A stretch of DNA of 64,000 nt from Prorocentrum cordatum (GCA_963575745.1 CAUYUJ010000081.1:124001-188000); one strand, 5' to 3'; shown: positions 34,951 to 49,269, counted from the first letter of the stretch. The notes: generated by a model from the sequence alone, not told the origin. Program-made: numbers and translations.

Positions 34951-35719
34951 AAACTACTCCCCATCTGATCCTATATCTTCTAGGCTTTTGTCTCCCCCCG
35001 CACTTCCCAGATCTTCCCATATTTTCTGGGGAATCGACGGTGAATTGTGTCTGCGTGTTTTCGTTCCCTCCTGAGAGAGAGAGCCTCTACCGCGAGGTCC
35101 GCCACCGCACGCGCTGGGGCCCTGGAGGCCCCGGCCGCCCGAGACGTCCTCGGAGACGGGCCCGAGCCCCAAGCACCGTGCGGTGGCCCCGAATCCCCGC
35201 GGACTCACCACGCCGTGCGGTCCTCGGACCCCCCGGGGGCCCCCGGACCTCTCCGAAGAAGAACGCCTCCCCGGACACCCGCCGCGAAGCAACAGCACAC
35301 GAGCTATCGCCGCGCCGCCGCGGACCCCTGCCTTGGTCACCTGAGTTCGCGCCCCTTGATGCGCGGCGCGCGGATATCCTGGAGCTCTCACGCGGCGCCC
35401 CCATGGAGAAGGGCAACTTTCTCTGACCCAGGCCGCGACGCGCGAAGCGCGGTTCATTTGCGCCCCTGCAGGTGACCTAGAATCCGCCGGCCCTGTCGGC
35501 GGGTGTGAGGGGCTTGTCTGTTCGAGTCGTCGTCTCCGTCAGTCGTCGTCTCCGTCGTCCCCTTTCCCTGCACCCTCTTCCTCAAGCCTGTCAAGCGAGA
35601 GAACAATCTAGCAATGTCGCAATCGAGTCGAACGGAAGCCCCTTCCCTTTGATCCTTCCCTCGTCGGGTGGGGAAGTCAGATACGCATCTGAGCACCGGG
35701 GTCTCAGACAGTACCAAGA

Positions 35720-36300
35720 CATGTCCCAAGAGGCTCCCGAGGCGGCCCAAGAGGGCCCCCAATCGCCAAACGATCGGTCCAATTGCCTTCACGCCCTCCA
35801 GGCTGCCCAGGGGGCCTCCAAGAAGCCTCCAAAAGCACTCCCGAGAGGGCCCCCAGAGGCAAAATTCATTGATTGCCCGTTATTTCTTGTTAAAGATTTG
35901 GGTGTTTTCTTCCCTTTTCCGCTTCCCGCCGCTCCAAGACGGCCCAGGGCCACCAAGATCGCCCTAACACGGCGCAGGAGGCCTCCAAGAGGGCCCCAAA
36001 ACAGCCCAAGAGGACCCAAAGACATCTAAGAACGCCTCAAAGACGGCCCAAGAGGCCCCAAGACGGCTCCAAGAGCATGCCCAAACGGGGACCCGAACGG
36101 ACATTTCTAGCCCTCGGCCCCGAGAGGCTCCCAGGAGGCCCGAAGAGGTTCCGAAGAGGCTTTAAAAGGCCCACAAGAGGTCCCCAGGAAGCCTGAAGAG
36201 GCGACCAAGAGGCTCCCAAGAGACACCCAAGAGGCTCCAAAGAGACCACACAATGCCTCCCCAGAAACCCCCGAGAGCCTTCCGAAGAAGCATCCTAAGG
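35720..36300 (+). repeat. GGCCCCAAGA-type degenerate satellite-like repeat
   Basis: Many CCAAGA units. The same family occurs at 39110-39640, 49270-49880 and 63915-64000. Confidence 0.85.
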
Positions 36301-36543
36301 ACTCTGGCCCACGTCAGCGTCTTCGTCGCCGCCGCCGTCGTCGTCTTCGTCGTCCCACTTCAGGGTCGGCGGCACCGGCCGTAAAGCCTTCGCAATACGA
36401 CAAAACGCTTGTGACCAAACTGAAGAAAGGAGCGCGCGAATGGAACCCCCACACGAACAAACGGGCCAGCGCCGAACACGAACAGAGCACGTGCCCACCG
36501 CGGAGTTCCCGGTCAGCGCAATTTGGGGAGGGGGAGAAAGGGA

Positions 36544-36697
36544 TAGGGGGCCACATGCGAACCCTACCCCTGCCCCCCACGATTTCTGAGGGGGAGGGCG
36601 GGGTTCACTTCGCTCGGGAGCTCCCGAGCGAAGTGAACCCCACCCTCCCCCTCCGAAATCGTGGGGGGCAGGGGTAGGGTTCGCCTGTGGCCCCCTA
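36544..36697. repeat. 154-bp spacerless palindrome bounded by TA
   Basis: 77-bp arms centred on GGGAG|CTCCC at 36620/36621, with 3 mismatches counted by eye. Confidence 0.92.
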
Positions 36698-36903
36698 AGG
36701 GAGGTGCAAGGAGCAAGCGAGCCCCCCCATTCCTGCAGAGGCCGGCTGCCGAGCGCACGCGACCTCCCCAGACAAGAACAGGGGCTCGGGCAGCGAGGGA
36801 GGTGCACGGGTCACGGCATCTGTGCAGGAATGACACCACGAGGAGGATGAGGGAGGAGGAAAGGAGAAACAGCAAGAGAAGCATGAGGACGCCAACTACA
36901 TCT

Positions 36904-36929
36904 ATATATATATATATATATATATATAT
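36904..36929. repeat. (TA)n microsatellite
   Basis: Direct reading. Confidence 0.95.
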
Positions 36930-37789
36930 GTAATTATAAAAGCTGGGGCCGCGAGGTCGTAACCTAAACGGTCTCAACTGAGGGTCCTGGCATCGCGGGC
37001 ACAGCCTGCCATCCGCTGCAACGGCGCTGCACGAACCATCCTGCCATAAGCTAGCATGTGCCACGATCTGACCACTGCGCACCGTGCACGCGCAAGTAAC
37101 AGCACGGTTCGCCTGCCGTGAGTGACCTCGAACGGAGCTGTGCATGACATGATGGAAGTCTGCAAACTGCTGAAGAGGCATCGTAGCTGAATCGGAGCGG
37201 CAATCCCCAGTGCCACGACATCGCACACAACGACGGCAACGAGACACGCCACCAAGCGGGGAAGCGGGGGAGGGGAGGAGGGGAAGGAAGAGACCTGATG
37301 CTGAACACATCAGTCCGTCAGAGGCCTGGAGCCCACTCCTCGTGCCCGAGGCCCCGAAGCCAGGGGCGGGACTCCCCCCCCGACCTGAGGTACACCATGT
37401 CCACCGGCCGGGACACGATCGAGCTCGTGCCCAGCCTCTTGCTCGGCAGGGGGCGCGCGCGCCGGGGGAGAGCGCCGCGGGGAGGCGGGGGGGGGGGAAG
37501 GGGAAGTCCTCAGAGGGGGATCTCAGCGTTTCCCGGGGGGGGGGGGAGTCCAGGGGTGTTCTGCGGTTCAGAGGGGCGACGAGAAAGGACAGGGGGGGGG
37601 GCTGAGCGGGGAGGGGGCGAAGGAGGAGGAGGAGGAGGAGGAGGAGGAGGAGGAGGAGGAGGAGGGTGGAATCTTGGCTGCGCGACCCCCATGCGCCAGC
37701 CAGGGACGTCGAGATAGTCTGCAGCATAAAATTAGCCTGGCGAAGGACCCAACCATATGCAGTTGTGAGCACCGTCGTTGTATGCACCG

Positions 37790-38302
37790 CATTCGGAGGA
37801 GCTCCCTATAGGGCCACGAAGATGTGAGGGGTGTGCCAAAAATTGCAAATTGCCCAGTGGGCGTATGTGAAAGCAGCCACTGGGGCCGTCGGAAGAATTT
37901 CCTATGGGACCACGCAGCGCGTGAGAGGTGTGCCGAAATAGGTGCGGTGGGCGCATGCGAACGCAGCCATTGGGGCCGTCGGTGGAGCTCCCAATGGTGC
38001 CGCGAAACGTGTGATGGGTGTGCCGAAATAGGTGCGGTAGGCGCATGAGAAAGCAGCCACTAGCGCCTTCGGTGGAGCTTCCTATGGTGCCGCGAAACGT
38101 GTGAGGGGTGTGCCGTAATGGGCGTGGGTGACGCATGCGGGCGGTGGCATTGGGGCCTTCGGTGGAGCTCCCTGTGGGGCCACGAAACGTGTGAGGGGTG
38201 TGCCGAAATGGGTGTGCATGACGCATGCGGGCGGTGGCACTGGAGCCGTCGGTGGAGCTCCCTGTGGGGCCACGAAACGTGTGAGAGGTGTGCCGAAACG
38301 GG
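37790..38302 (+). repeat. 90-bp tandem minisatellite, about 5.5 copies
   Basis: GGTGGAGCT recurs at 37981, 38071, 38161 and 38251 (90-bp period), with more degenerate upstream units. Confidence 0.92.
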
Positions 38303-38478
<176 letters not shown>

Positions 38479-39109
38479 GAGGGGGCAGCGGGGGGAGGAG
38501 GAGAGGAGTGACGCGGGGCGCTGTCTCTTCAAAACGAGGACCCGACACCACAGGACGGGTGGGAGGAGCACAGCGAGGGCCGGAGATCCGGGCGGGCCGA
38601 GCCCCGCCTTCGACCGAAGTGGCGCTCGGGGGGAGGACTGGAGGGGCGGACGACGAGGGAGACGGACAGGAGGCAGAGCGTGCGAGGGCAGGGGCACGTC
38701 TGGCCCGACCACGCCGCGAAGGAGGGGAGGAAGAGGCGAGATCGGGGCGTGCCCGATCGAGGGCCGAGGCTCCCGTGTGCGCTCCTGCCCGGCCTCCTTT
38801 ATGGCATCCCGGGGGCCTCGGCGGGGCCCCCCGGGGAGCCTCTGGGCGAACTGGCGTGGGCAGGGGCGCAAAGCAGCCGCGCAACCCTAAATGAAGGGGG
38901 CCCAAGGACACGCAAGTAAATACACACAAATTCGCTGGCCCAACGGGCCAGAGGCGTGCTAAGATCTCCGGTAACTGCTAAATAATACTTCTACTTCGCG
39001 CGCGCGGGGCGGCCCCTGGGGGTCCCCGGACGAAAAGTACCCCGGGCGATCCCCGGCAGACTCGGGTCAGAGATGGTTTTCCTCCTGGGCGCCGCCCCCG
39101 TGGCCCTCC

Positions 39110-39640
39110 AGAGAGCCCCAAGATGGGCCACGAGGCCGCCAAGAGCCCTCCAATATGGTTCAAGAGTGCTCCGAGATGCCACACGATCGTTCCAAGACGC
39201 CCAAGATGGCCCCCAGACGCCCCAAGAGGCCTCCAAGAGCACTCCCCAGAGGGCCCCAAGAGGCAAAATTCATTACTTTTCCTTAGGTTTTGGGCAGATT
39301 TTGGCGTGTCCATCTTTTCGGCTTCCCGACGCCCCAAGACGGCCCAAGAGGCCCCCAAGATCGCCCCAAGAGGGCCCAAGAAGCTCCCAAGAAGGCCCCA
39401 AGATGGCCCAAGAGGGCTCCAAGACGGCCCCAGAGGCATCCAAGACGGCCCAAGAGGGGCCCAAGAGGGCCCCAAGCGATGCCCCAAAGGGGGAACACAA
39501 AACAAAACTTCGAGCCCTCGGCCTTAAGAAGCCCCCAGGAGGCCTCAAGAGGCTCCTGAGAGGCTCCAAAAGCCTCCAAGAGGCCCTCAGGAGGCCCCCA
39601 AGCGACGCTGAAGAGGCCCCCCAGCGGCCCCAAGAGGCTC
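39110..39640 (+). repeat. GGCCCCAAGA-type repeat
   Basis: Tandem degenerate CCAAGA units. Confidence 0.85.
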
Positions 39641-40525
39641 AGTCATGCGAAATGGGCCGGCGGAATGAGCGAAGCGATTCAATATTATCCCGGCAAAGCA
39701 ACCTAACATCGATATGTAGAAGCATAGCTGGAGGCATGCAGCAGCAGTAACAGTCACAGTAGTAGTAGCAATAAGAGTAGGAGAGATGAAACAGTGGTAA
39801 CAGTGAAGTAGTAGTTGTAGTTGGCGGGAGTGGACGAGTGAACTGTATCAGAATGTGGCCCGGGAATGGAGTTCTGGGAGGTCGAAGAGCACGAAGTGTG
39901 TGACTGTTTGCGAAAAACGAGGTTCCGCGGATCCCCCCGGAAATCCCCAACGGCTCCCCAACGGCTGCCCAGACCCCCCTGTGGAGTAATGTGCTGCTCT
40001 CTTTTTAGCCCATTAGAAACCTATCAGTCTTCGATGTTAGGTAAAAATGGTTCCCCATATTTTCTCGTATTTTCTGGGGTTTTGTCTTCCCGCCCAGTTC
40101 CCATATTTTCCCATGTTTTCTTGGGGATCGACGATTACTTGTGTCTGTGTGTCTTTTTCCCCTCCGGAAATTTCTGTTGGCGGTCCGCGCGGACTTCTTG
40201 GATCTGCGCTGGGGCCCCTCGCCGGCGCGGGGGGCACGCCAGGGGCGGTGCCCGAGGCGCCGCCAGGGCGCTCCAGCGCAGGCCCCAGAAGTCCGCGCGG
40301 AGCGCCAAACAGTTCTGCTCATGCCGCTTCTCCTTCTTCGAGTCGAGGGAAGAAGAAGCGTTCGGGGCGCGCACAAGCGGGGGCGAGGGTGGGGGGTGCG
40401 AAAGAGAGAGGAAGGAGTGAGGGGGGCGGAGGAGAGAACGGCTCGGGGTCTGGCGCGCGTCGGCCCCCCCCTGGTTCGAACCTCCCCCCTCTGCAACTCG
40501 GGAGGGGGCGGGAGGGCCCTGTGCG

Positions 40526-40556
<31 letters not shown>

Positions 40557-42202
40557 CCTCCCTCCCCCCTCCCCCCGGGGACCCCCCCCTCAGGGTGGGC
40601 TCGGGGGCCCCGGCCCCCCGAGCTCGAGCCCCCCCTCTGCCCAGCGTCCACAGAGCGCGCTCTCCCAGATCCCCAGGCACCCCCACCGACCGCACGCTGC
40701 GCCGCCGCGGAGGCCTCGGGGCCCTGGGAGCCCGAGGTGGCCACGGGCCGTCCTCGGAGAACGGCCCCGGGCTCTGAGACTGTGCGGACAGCCCCGAGCG
40801 CCCGCCGACGCATCCGAGGGGTGCGGTCGGCGCACTGGCCTGGGGCGTCCGCCGGGGGGTCCGCCCGTGCCGTCGCCAACACGCCCGCCGGATGCCCCTC
40901 TCGAAGTCCTGAGCTGAGCGCGCCCCAGGACAGGCCATGCAGGGGGGCGGGGGCTTGACTGAAGCCTCTTGCGTTAGAGCTTGTGGGAACTTTCTTGGGG
41001 GCCTGCTGGCGGTCTCGTTGGCCATCTTGGGGGCTGAGGCATCAAAATGTCGACTCGCGTTTCCCCTCTGGGGCCTCTCTTGGGCCACCCTCGGGGCCCT
41101 ATTGATCCGCCTTGGGGGCCCGTCGGTCGGAAGAAGTGGGCAGAAGTATGAAGTGGGAAGGCATTGGAAGCAGTGGACTCCCGCCCGCCCCCTGAAGAGG
41201 AGGGAAGAGGGGAGACCACTCGATCATTGAAGTAGGGAGGCGCCTAAAGCAGAGTGGGATCTGGGCGTCCCAAAACACCTACTTCCAACGACCGACGGGT
41301 AACCAAAGGTGGGGTAGGGGCCGAGGTGGGGTTGGAAGGAAAATCGCCCCGAAAGGATCGTGCAAGAAGGAAATGTGGGCTTCCAGCTGGGTTCGTTCCC
41401 TAACCCTGGTTTGGGACAACATCCCCCTTCTACGAACCCTCTAAGGCCAAGGGGCAAGATCAACCAGCATCGAGTGGGAGCCTCTAATTGAACGGGGAGA
41501 TGGCGAGCAACTCTTGGAGAGCCCATATGGTACAATGTCGAGAGACGTTCGTCAGCCGCGGCCGCATCGGCTCTGAATCGGGATCGGACATGATCGGCCG
41601 CGCCAGGATACACAGTGACGCCGAGTAAGCGTCGGGCCGCATCAGATCGCACAACCATCGAGATCGGATCTGATCGAGCTGGGCGAAATAGGATACCGAA
41701 TCGGACCGGCCCAACCAGTGGGCCCCGAAAGCAGACAGACCTCACAGGGGGGAAGGAAGAAGGGGATAAAAATGCAAATCTACAAAGCACGCACCAACTT
41801 TGGAGGGCCTGCGCGGATTTCTTGGATCAGTGCTGGACCCCTCCGCCTGGCATGCGGAGCGCGCCAGGGACGGCAGCAGAGGCGCCGCCAGGTGGTCACG
41901 GCGCCTTCCCGAGAGATCCGGGCGGACCTCCGAACGTCTATATGCTTGTGCAGATCTGCCTTACTCGAGGGCACGGGGAGGGACTTGGCGGCGCGCGGGA
42001 AAGGGTGGCGCGAAGAGGCTGACCCTCTCAGAAGGCAGGGTGCTCCTCAGAAGGCGGGGGCCCTCGCGGAACGGCCCGAAGGCTTCCGAATGATGAGAAT
42101 CGCGGTGGACAAACCTCCCTTCTGTAAACCTCCCCTTAGTGAAAGCGGCCTGGGACCGAGACCGACGGACCTGGACCCGCAAAAATGACTGCCGCGACGC
42201 CT

Positions 42203-42612
42203 TCTCGCGAACCGAAAACGGCCAATCCCTTCATCGACGTGTCAGGGTAGGAGGTCTGTCCACCTCCGAGGGAAGCCTCCTCCGACCCCCCCCCAGGCTT
42301 CTGAAAATGGGGGAACGAAAAGTGGCACAAACATAAAAACTCGGAGGTCCGCGCTGATTTCTCGGATCGGCGCTGGACCCCCCTCCCTGGCGCGCGGAGC
42401 GCGCCAGGGGCGGCGCCGGAGGCGCCGCCGGGGGGCCCCAGCGCCGATCCGAGAAAGCCGCGCGGACCTCAGAGTTTTTATGTTAGTGCCACTTTTCGTC
42501 CCCCTATCTTCAGAAGCCTGGGGGGGGGGTCTGAGGAGGCTTCTCTCGGAGGTGGGCAGACCTCCTACCCCGACACGTCGATGAAGGGATCGGCCGTTTT
42601 CGGTTCGCGAGA
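42203..42612. mobile_element. Foldback/MITE-like element: ~175-bp inverted arms enclosing two GGA-loop hairpins
   Basis: Arms run TCTCGCGAACCGAAAACGGCC...GGATCGGCGCTGG and CCAGCGCCGATCC...GGCCGTTTTCGGTTCGCGAGA. Inner hairpins lie at 42385-42409 and 42410-42428. Confidence 0.85.
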
Positions 42613-44277
42613 GCTTTCATGTTTATGTCATATGTGGCTTCTCGTTCCCCTGCGAAGAGGCCGGGCCCTCCGCGCCCTCCCCCTCCGCGGGCCGGCAAAG
42701 AGAAGTGAGGGAGGGAGAGGGCGCCGGGGGGAGAGAGGAGCGGGGCGCGGAGCGAGGAGAGGGCGGGGGGAGAGGCCCGGGGGGGGTGCTCGCGCGGGGC
42801 AGAGGTGGGCGGGGGGAGGCGGAGGGCGGGAGCGGGCGGGAGGGGCACAAGGTTTGGTGTCCGTTCCATGTGGGAGCCTGCGTGGCCCCCAGCACTGCCC
42901 GATTCGGGCCTGATTTGGCCCGGATTTGGAACAAGTTTGGACAAGATTTTGGACCAGACCTGGGCTGGATTCGTGGGGGCTGCGCAAGAGAACGAGGAGG
43001 GGAAGGGGAACAGGAGGGGAGAGGAGCAGGAGGATGGGCCAAATGCGGTCCCCATGCTGTCCACATGCACGAAAAAACTGATTTCAAGGTCGCCGCCCAA
43101 GGCTCCCGTGAACAGTCATCGAAGCAAGGGCCTGATGGAGGAGAGCCAGAGATGCGGGGAGGGACGGGACGAGGGCGGCACGGTAAGGCCTCGAGTGCGT
43201 CTGGGCGGAGAAGAGGTTGTCGGTGCCGTAGGCTTTGTTGAGCTCCTGAGGCCAGAGCTCCAGGCGGCGAGCGGCAGCCGGGGCCGGGGATGGGGACAGA
43301 GGGACGGAGCAGATCTGGAGCTGGACAGTGTCCTCCGTATTCGTGCGGCTCTCGCCTTCCCTCGTTCAGGGCTCCTTTCGCGCCTGCGGGAACTGGGAGC
43401 CCAAGCGGAGACGGCCTGCGAAGTGACCAGGACACGGCTTGGCTCGCGCCCAGGGACGGGACGGGCGGCGCGTGCGGGGCACCTGGCGCGCTAACATCTC
43501 GGGGTTGGCGCGCCGACGCCGGCGCTTCCGTCGCTCAAGCGCAGTCCCATCGTCCCCTCGGGGGCGTTCAGCAGGGGGCGTCAAAGAGGGGGGGTCGTAA
43601 AGTACAGTCAGGCTCTTTTTGTTGGAGAGGACGCGCGAGAGGACACAAGACCCTTTCGAGGGATACATTGCCGTAAGAATGTGCCAGACACGTTGTGTAG
43701 TGGCGGGGGGTCAGATCTATAGAACCACCCAAAACAGACACCGATCCCCAACGCAACTCCCCAACGCAACTCCACAACGCAACTCGCCAGCGCTACTCAT
43801 GCGAATCATACTGATTTCTTATGTTCCAGATTTTATTATACATATGGTAGAATCTTTGGTGTTTCAATACATAGATTTGGGATTACACATGTCAGGTCAT
43901 GACTTGCACCCTGGACAAATGCACACACATCCTTTTGAGGCGAGGTCTGATACGTTGACGCATCATGTTGAATGCTGTTGCAAACGGTTTTCAACCTGAT
44001 TCGTATACATGTCATGTTGGACGCATGTGAGGCGAATGGGTAAGTCTGGCCATCTGTGATCCGACTTAAGTCGGCCTTGAGCGGTCGGACGCCTGCCTCT
44101 TCTGTTCGCACCCTCGCCCTATCCCGCTACAGCTACACAGTATGAATACCAATGTGGAGACGCGCAGCGACTGGAAATGCGAGGATCACAAATGAGTACT
44201 TCGCCGAATGGTCTCATCAACCCACTCGGCGCGAGTGGCTTAGTTCGCCCAGTGTTCTCTTCCAGCCCCTCTGCGAA

Positions 44278-44520
44278 GGAGTAGCTCTTCCAAAACCCCC
44301 GTCTCGGCGCGACACGGCAATTCCCCTAACCCCCCTCTTATCGAGTAGTTCGCCCAAGACGTCTTAGTGCGTATATCTTGCGTGTTTTGAACGCTAACAC
44401 TCTTCCAACCCCTCCCTTACCTAGTAGCTCTTCCAAAACCCCTCCTTTACCGAGTAGCTCTTCCAACCCCTCCTTTACCTAGTAGCTCTTCCAAAAGCCC
44501 ATGGGTACCTCTTCCAAGCT
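44278..44520 (+). repeat. ~28-30-bp minisatellite TAGCTCTTCCAA(AA)CCCCTCCTTTACC
   Basis: Units near 44281, 44424, 44454 and 44482. Confidence 0.8.
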
Positions 44521-47500
44521 GCAACTCCTAGTTTCCTAGAGTGTAGGAGGACGTAGCATAGCATGTCACATGTCTCCCCGCTCCGAGCCACAGCTCCAGC
44601 TCAGGTTCGAGAAGTCTGCTTCTAGGGCGTTGTCTTGCCGCGGCGGGGGCGCTTGAGGCCCTTGGGCCGCCCCGCGCCCGCGGCGTCATCTGGCCTGGCC
44701 GCCGCGCTCGCCGCCTGGCCCTCCGCCTCGGCTGGCTGCGCATTCGCGGGCTCTGCCTTCGCAGAGCTCGCGCAGACCGCCTTCGCGGCCTCCACGCTCT
44801 CCGCTGCCGCTGAACTGGCGTGATCGGCGATGTTCTGAAACTCAGCCCAGAACGAGGCTGGCAGGGCAGGGGCTGCAGCTTTGTGCTTGGCCAGGAAATC
44901 TGCTGCCCTCGCGCGGCCGTCCCTGCTCGTGCGGAGCACCGACATCTCCGCCACGCCAGCGATGAAAATCGAAGCAACGTTCGCCTTCTGCATCGTGGTG
45001 AGCGCCACCGCGACAGCATTCTTAGTGATATCATTCTCCTTGAGCTTCGGATTGACCTTGAGAAACACGGCTGCCTGGTTCATGGCGCTCACCGTCCATT
45101 GGACATCGTTGTGGCTAGCGATCACCTTATTCAGTTTGTTGTTGGTCTCCTGTTTGGCGACGGCATCCATGAACGCGCCATTCTCGTCGAAGGCGGCCTC
45201 CCAATCTGGAATCGACTTCGTGCAGGTCTCGATGTCCGCGCGAAGCACCCTGCAATACGCCTCCAGGATGGCGTTCGTGACCCGACCGCTGAAGAGGGCC
45301 ATGAGGTTGCGCCACTGCCGAATCTCAGAGAGCGGCGTACTCATCACGACCCCCAGCGTCTCCACCTCATGGGCCTCCTCGCCAACGACGACGGCCTCGA
45401 GCGACACCAGCTCGGCGTAGAGGCGGCCAAGGAGGAGTGTCAGGCGCTCGAACAGCATGTTCCTGGAGATGCACATTCCCTGGGCGTGGGGCTCGACGAG
45501 GTCACGATGCAAGTAGCATGCCACGCATGCGATGTCTTTCGTAGAGCAGATCGCCGACAAGACAGCGAAGACCACGTCGGTGCGCAACGTGCATTTAGAA
45601 CCGTCCTGGAGGCTGAACGCGGAAACCTCGATCTGCTCAACCTCAGCTTTGCTGCAGAATTTGCGGAGCATCCGCATGGCAGCGTTATGAGTGACAGAGC
45701 GGAAAGCTTTGGAACCCGTATCGTCGCCAACGAGCTCGAAACACGAACGGTTGCACACCGTGTCCACGGAAGGATGGGTCAACAATCGCGGCAAGACCGA
45801 AGCGAGGTCTAGTCCCAGCAACGTGGTCTCCGCAACAGCTGCTAGCTTCATGTCTGACACGATGACTTCACCAAGCCAATGCTGGATGGTCGTCTGCACG
45901 TGGCTCTCATACACAGATTCGCCCAGAGAGCGAACAAAGCCACCGAATGCGTCCAACAATGATTGCACGATATCTCCCATCGAGTCGACCATATCTTCAC
46001 CAAGAACGCGCATGCTAAACCTGGAGGCGATGTCTTGATCATTCGCATGTCTGACGTGCACCTTTGCAAACGAGACCAAACCCATCAGACCCGCCGCCGT
46101 GCCACCTGGCACGTTGAGGCGTGAAGGACTGCCACGTACTGGGCACGGGTAAGGCCCTGACCTGCTTTCCCTACACGGGTCTCTTGAGGAGGGGTAAGGC
46201 TCGGCAGACGGGTCTCGGCCCGTTTGAGAGCCTTCCTCCCGAAGATCGACAATGTCGTCGGAGACGTCCCCGCAACGATCACACGCTAGGGGGCCGTATC
46301 CTCAGATGCATCATGCTAAAGTTGCGCGTTGCGCCTGATACATCCTCGGGCAACGGTGACGTTGAAATCGAGGACCCAACTCTAACCCTCGAAACTTTAA
46401 AAGGCGCAGTTTCGCATGAGACATCCTCGAAACGTGGGACGTGTAAAGGGATGCGTCTAGGACCTAGGACGCCGTTCAAAGCGCCATCTGATGACATCAA
46501 ACGCGGCAGAACATTACAACATGCTTCAAATTTCAAATACCATTTGAGTTGGTTCCATCAGTTTTGTTTGCAACGGAGCGGCTCGCTCGAGACACCCCCT
46601 CAAACTTGCATCGGGGTCTTCGGGACGTGAAGACGGAAGGTGCCGCATGCCGCATGTGCCGCATGTGCTTTTTTTTTTTTCTCCCCAGTTTCCCCTCCCC
46701 CCCCTACCCCTCATCACCAACGCCGTCTTCGTCCGCCCCGAAACGGCCGAGATGTCACGCAAGACGGTTTCGGGACCGATGTCGAGCGAGGCCATCGCCA
46801 ACATCATCTTTGATGGCTTCGTCCGCTCAGAAACGGCAGACGGGCCGCGCGCGACGCTTCCGAGAAGTGAAGACGGAACGTGTCACATGCGACGGGTCTC
46901 ATATTACTCTTTCTCATCATCATCGCCGTCTCCGTTCTCCCGTAACGGCCGAGGCGTCACGCATGACAGTTTCGGCGCTTGCCCCGCTGGGGATCACCAC
47001 CATACCGTAGCATCATCATTACCGTCACGGACCGCCATCGTTTGTTTAATGATCACCGCAATCATCCTTACCGTCTTCGTCGCATGTGACACTCCTGCCA
47101 TCGTCATCATGATGATGATGATGATCATCATCATCATCACCACCATCATCATTGCATCATCATCATTATCATCATCATCATCATCGTCATCTTCAGCATC
47201 ACCGCCACCACCATCATTACCGCCACCATCAAGTTTGGAGACGCAATGCGTCTCAAGTTGGAACACTGGCAGCGGACACCAGTGCTTCCTCGCGCAGGCA
47301 GCTGGACAGGCACGGTGGCGGGGCTTGCCGCAGGCAATGGATACTTGCTATCGGGCGTCAGCTGCTCGAACCTGGCTGAAGGGGACATGCAGTCGCTCTC
47401 GCAGACCTGCGCCCAGGCGATGAGGTAGCTTGCCATATCAAGGAGAACCTTGATGTTCTGCTGCAGCTGCGCCGACGCCTCGCGCGGCAATGGCACTGAG

Positions 47501-49269
47501 AAGGATTGCAGCTCAGCCGTGATGATATCCTCGCCAATCTTCTTGATCAGCACTTCGATCCACTTCTGAACGCAATCAACGACTACCATCGCCGCGGTCC
47601 CGAACTCGCCCACTCTTTCCGACAACGTCTTGATGTCGGCAAGCGCCACGGCAGGCAAGTGGCGGGCGACAGGAGCTCCAGACACGACTGGTACGTTGCC
47701 CTCCTCGACGGGCTCTCCCTTCACAATGACGTCGCCGCCTCCAGACTCCTCGGCAGTGGCCTGCTTGCCCTCGGAACTCGGCTCATTGGCATCTGTGATC
47801 GACCTCAGCTTGTCGACCAGAACGTCGCGAGCATCGGCCACCATGACGAAGTTGGCCCAGCACGACACTCGAAGAGAATTCTCGCAACCGTCCATCATAT
47901 CTTGGAGGTGCTCCCGCAACGCACCAGACGACCACCTCGTCGAGCAATCCAAGAGGTCAGATACGTACGACTGCACGTGCGCAGTCGTCCTTCGCATGGT
48001 AGTCATGTCCACGCGTCTGCCTTCGATGCCATTCATCAGCCAAGCCGCACCATCCTCGATAGCGGGGCCCATGCACTTGATGAAGTACTCCTCCGACGCG
48101 CTGAACTTCTGCTCCACGATCTCATCCTCGATGCCCGCCTGCGCTAGCTCTTTAGCGCAGCCCATCGCCAACCTCGTCACCTCGTACCCTGTCTCGGGAA
48201 GGCCCGCCATGGCCCTGGCGAAGTCCGACAACGGAGGAGCGTCCGAGCGCGCCGCCGCGATGATGTCTCGGCGCGCCAGCCGAACTTTTGCCACCTCTGG
48301 CTTCTTCCTATCATCGTGGGAGGCGCTCTGCCAAATCACCGAACAACTGTGAAGCATGTTGGAGAAAGTCTGGGCGCCGGTCTGCCCGCACATCACGTCG
48401 CCCCATTTGGCGCTCACAGCCGCGATCTCCTTGATTAACACATCCACAGACTTCGCATCCTTCATCGCCTCGCAAGGGCAAGGGAGAACATATTGTCGGG
48501 GACTGACCTCGGCCTGAAGCCAATGACCCAAGATCAGTTCAGACAAATCAGACGCGTCAACTACCAGGTCAGACACCATTGGACGACCCTGAAGCAATGT
48601 TCAAACCAGAACCCAAAGCCAGACAACATCGCCCATGACCCACGAGTAGACAGAATCCGACGGGCCTGAAGCCCATGAGCCACCAGCCCCTGGACCTCCT
48701 GATCCGAACGCGTCAGCCAGCGCCCGACGCTCGATGAGGGACAGACCCTCATGAGGCCCACGTTCGCATTTTTACCAGGGGTGCTTAGACTGGCGACTTC
48801 TCCTAAGCATATCGTTAAACTCCCTGTGCCCGACTTGGGTCTACTCCCTCCTCCACCTCCACCTGCGTCGTCTCCTGCCTGCGCCCCCCCCTATTGGGCC
48901 CCTCGGGAGGCCCCCGCCCCACGCGCGAGCCGAGAGAACACAGCCCGACGAGGCCACCCCGACCCAGACGCAAACAGTTGGCCCAGCAATCGCCTTCGCG
49001 GGGATCCTGTAGAAGACCTGCTTGAAGCATTCGGACAAGGTCTTGAATACGTGGACGGGCGGCGGCTTGAGCAGCTCGGGAAACATCCGCCACCGTGCCT
49101 CGAGGCATGGAGTGGGCGTGTCCCCAAGTACTTTGCCCCATCCCTTGAGCCTCAGTCCCCAGCCCCAAGGGGGCCTGGGCCAGAGCCCAAATTGCAGCAT
49201 CTCTCGGGGCTCACCGCGTGCTGGCGTGCCCCCCCTAGGGCTTGGCGCAGCTTCTCGCGCGACTTGTTC

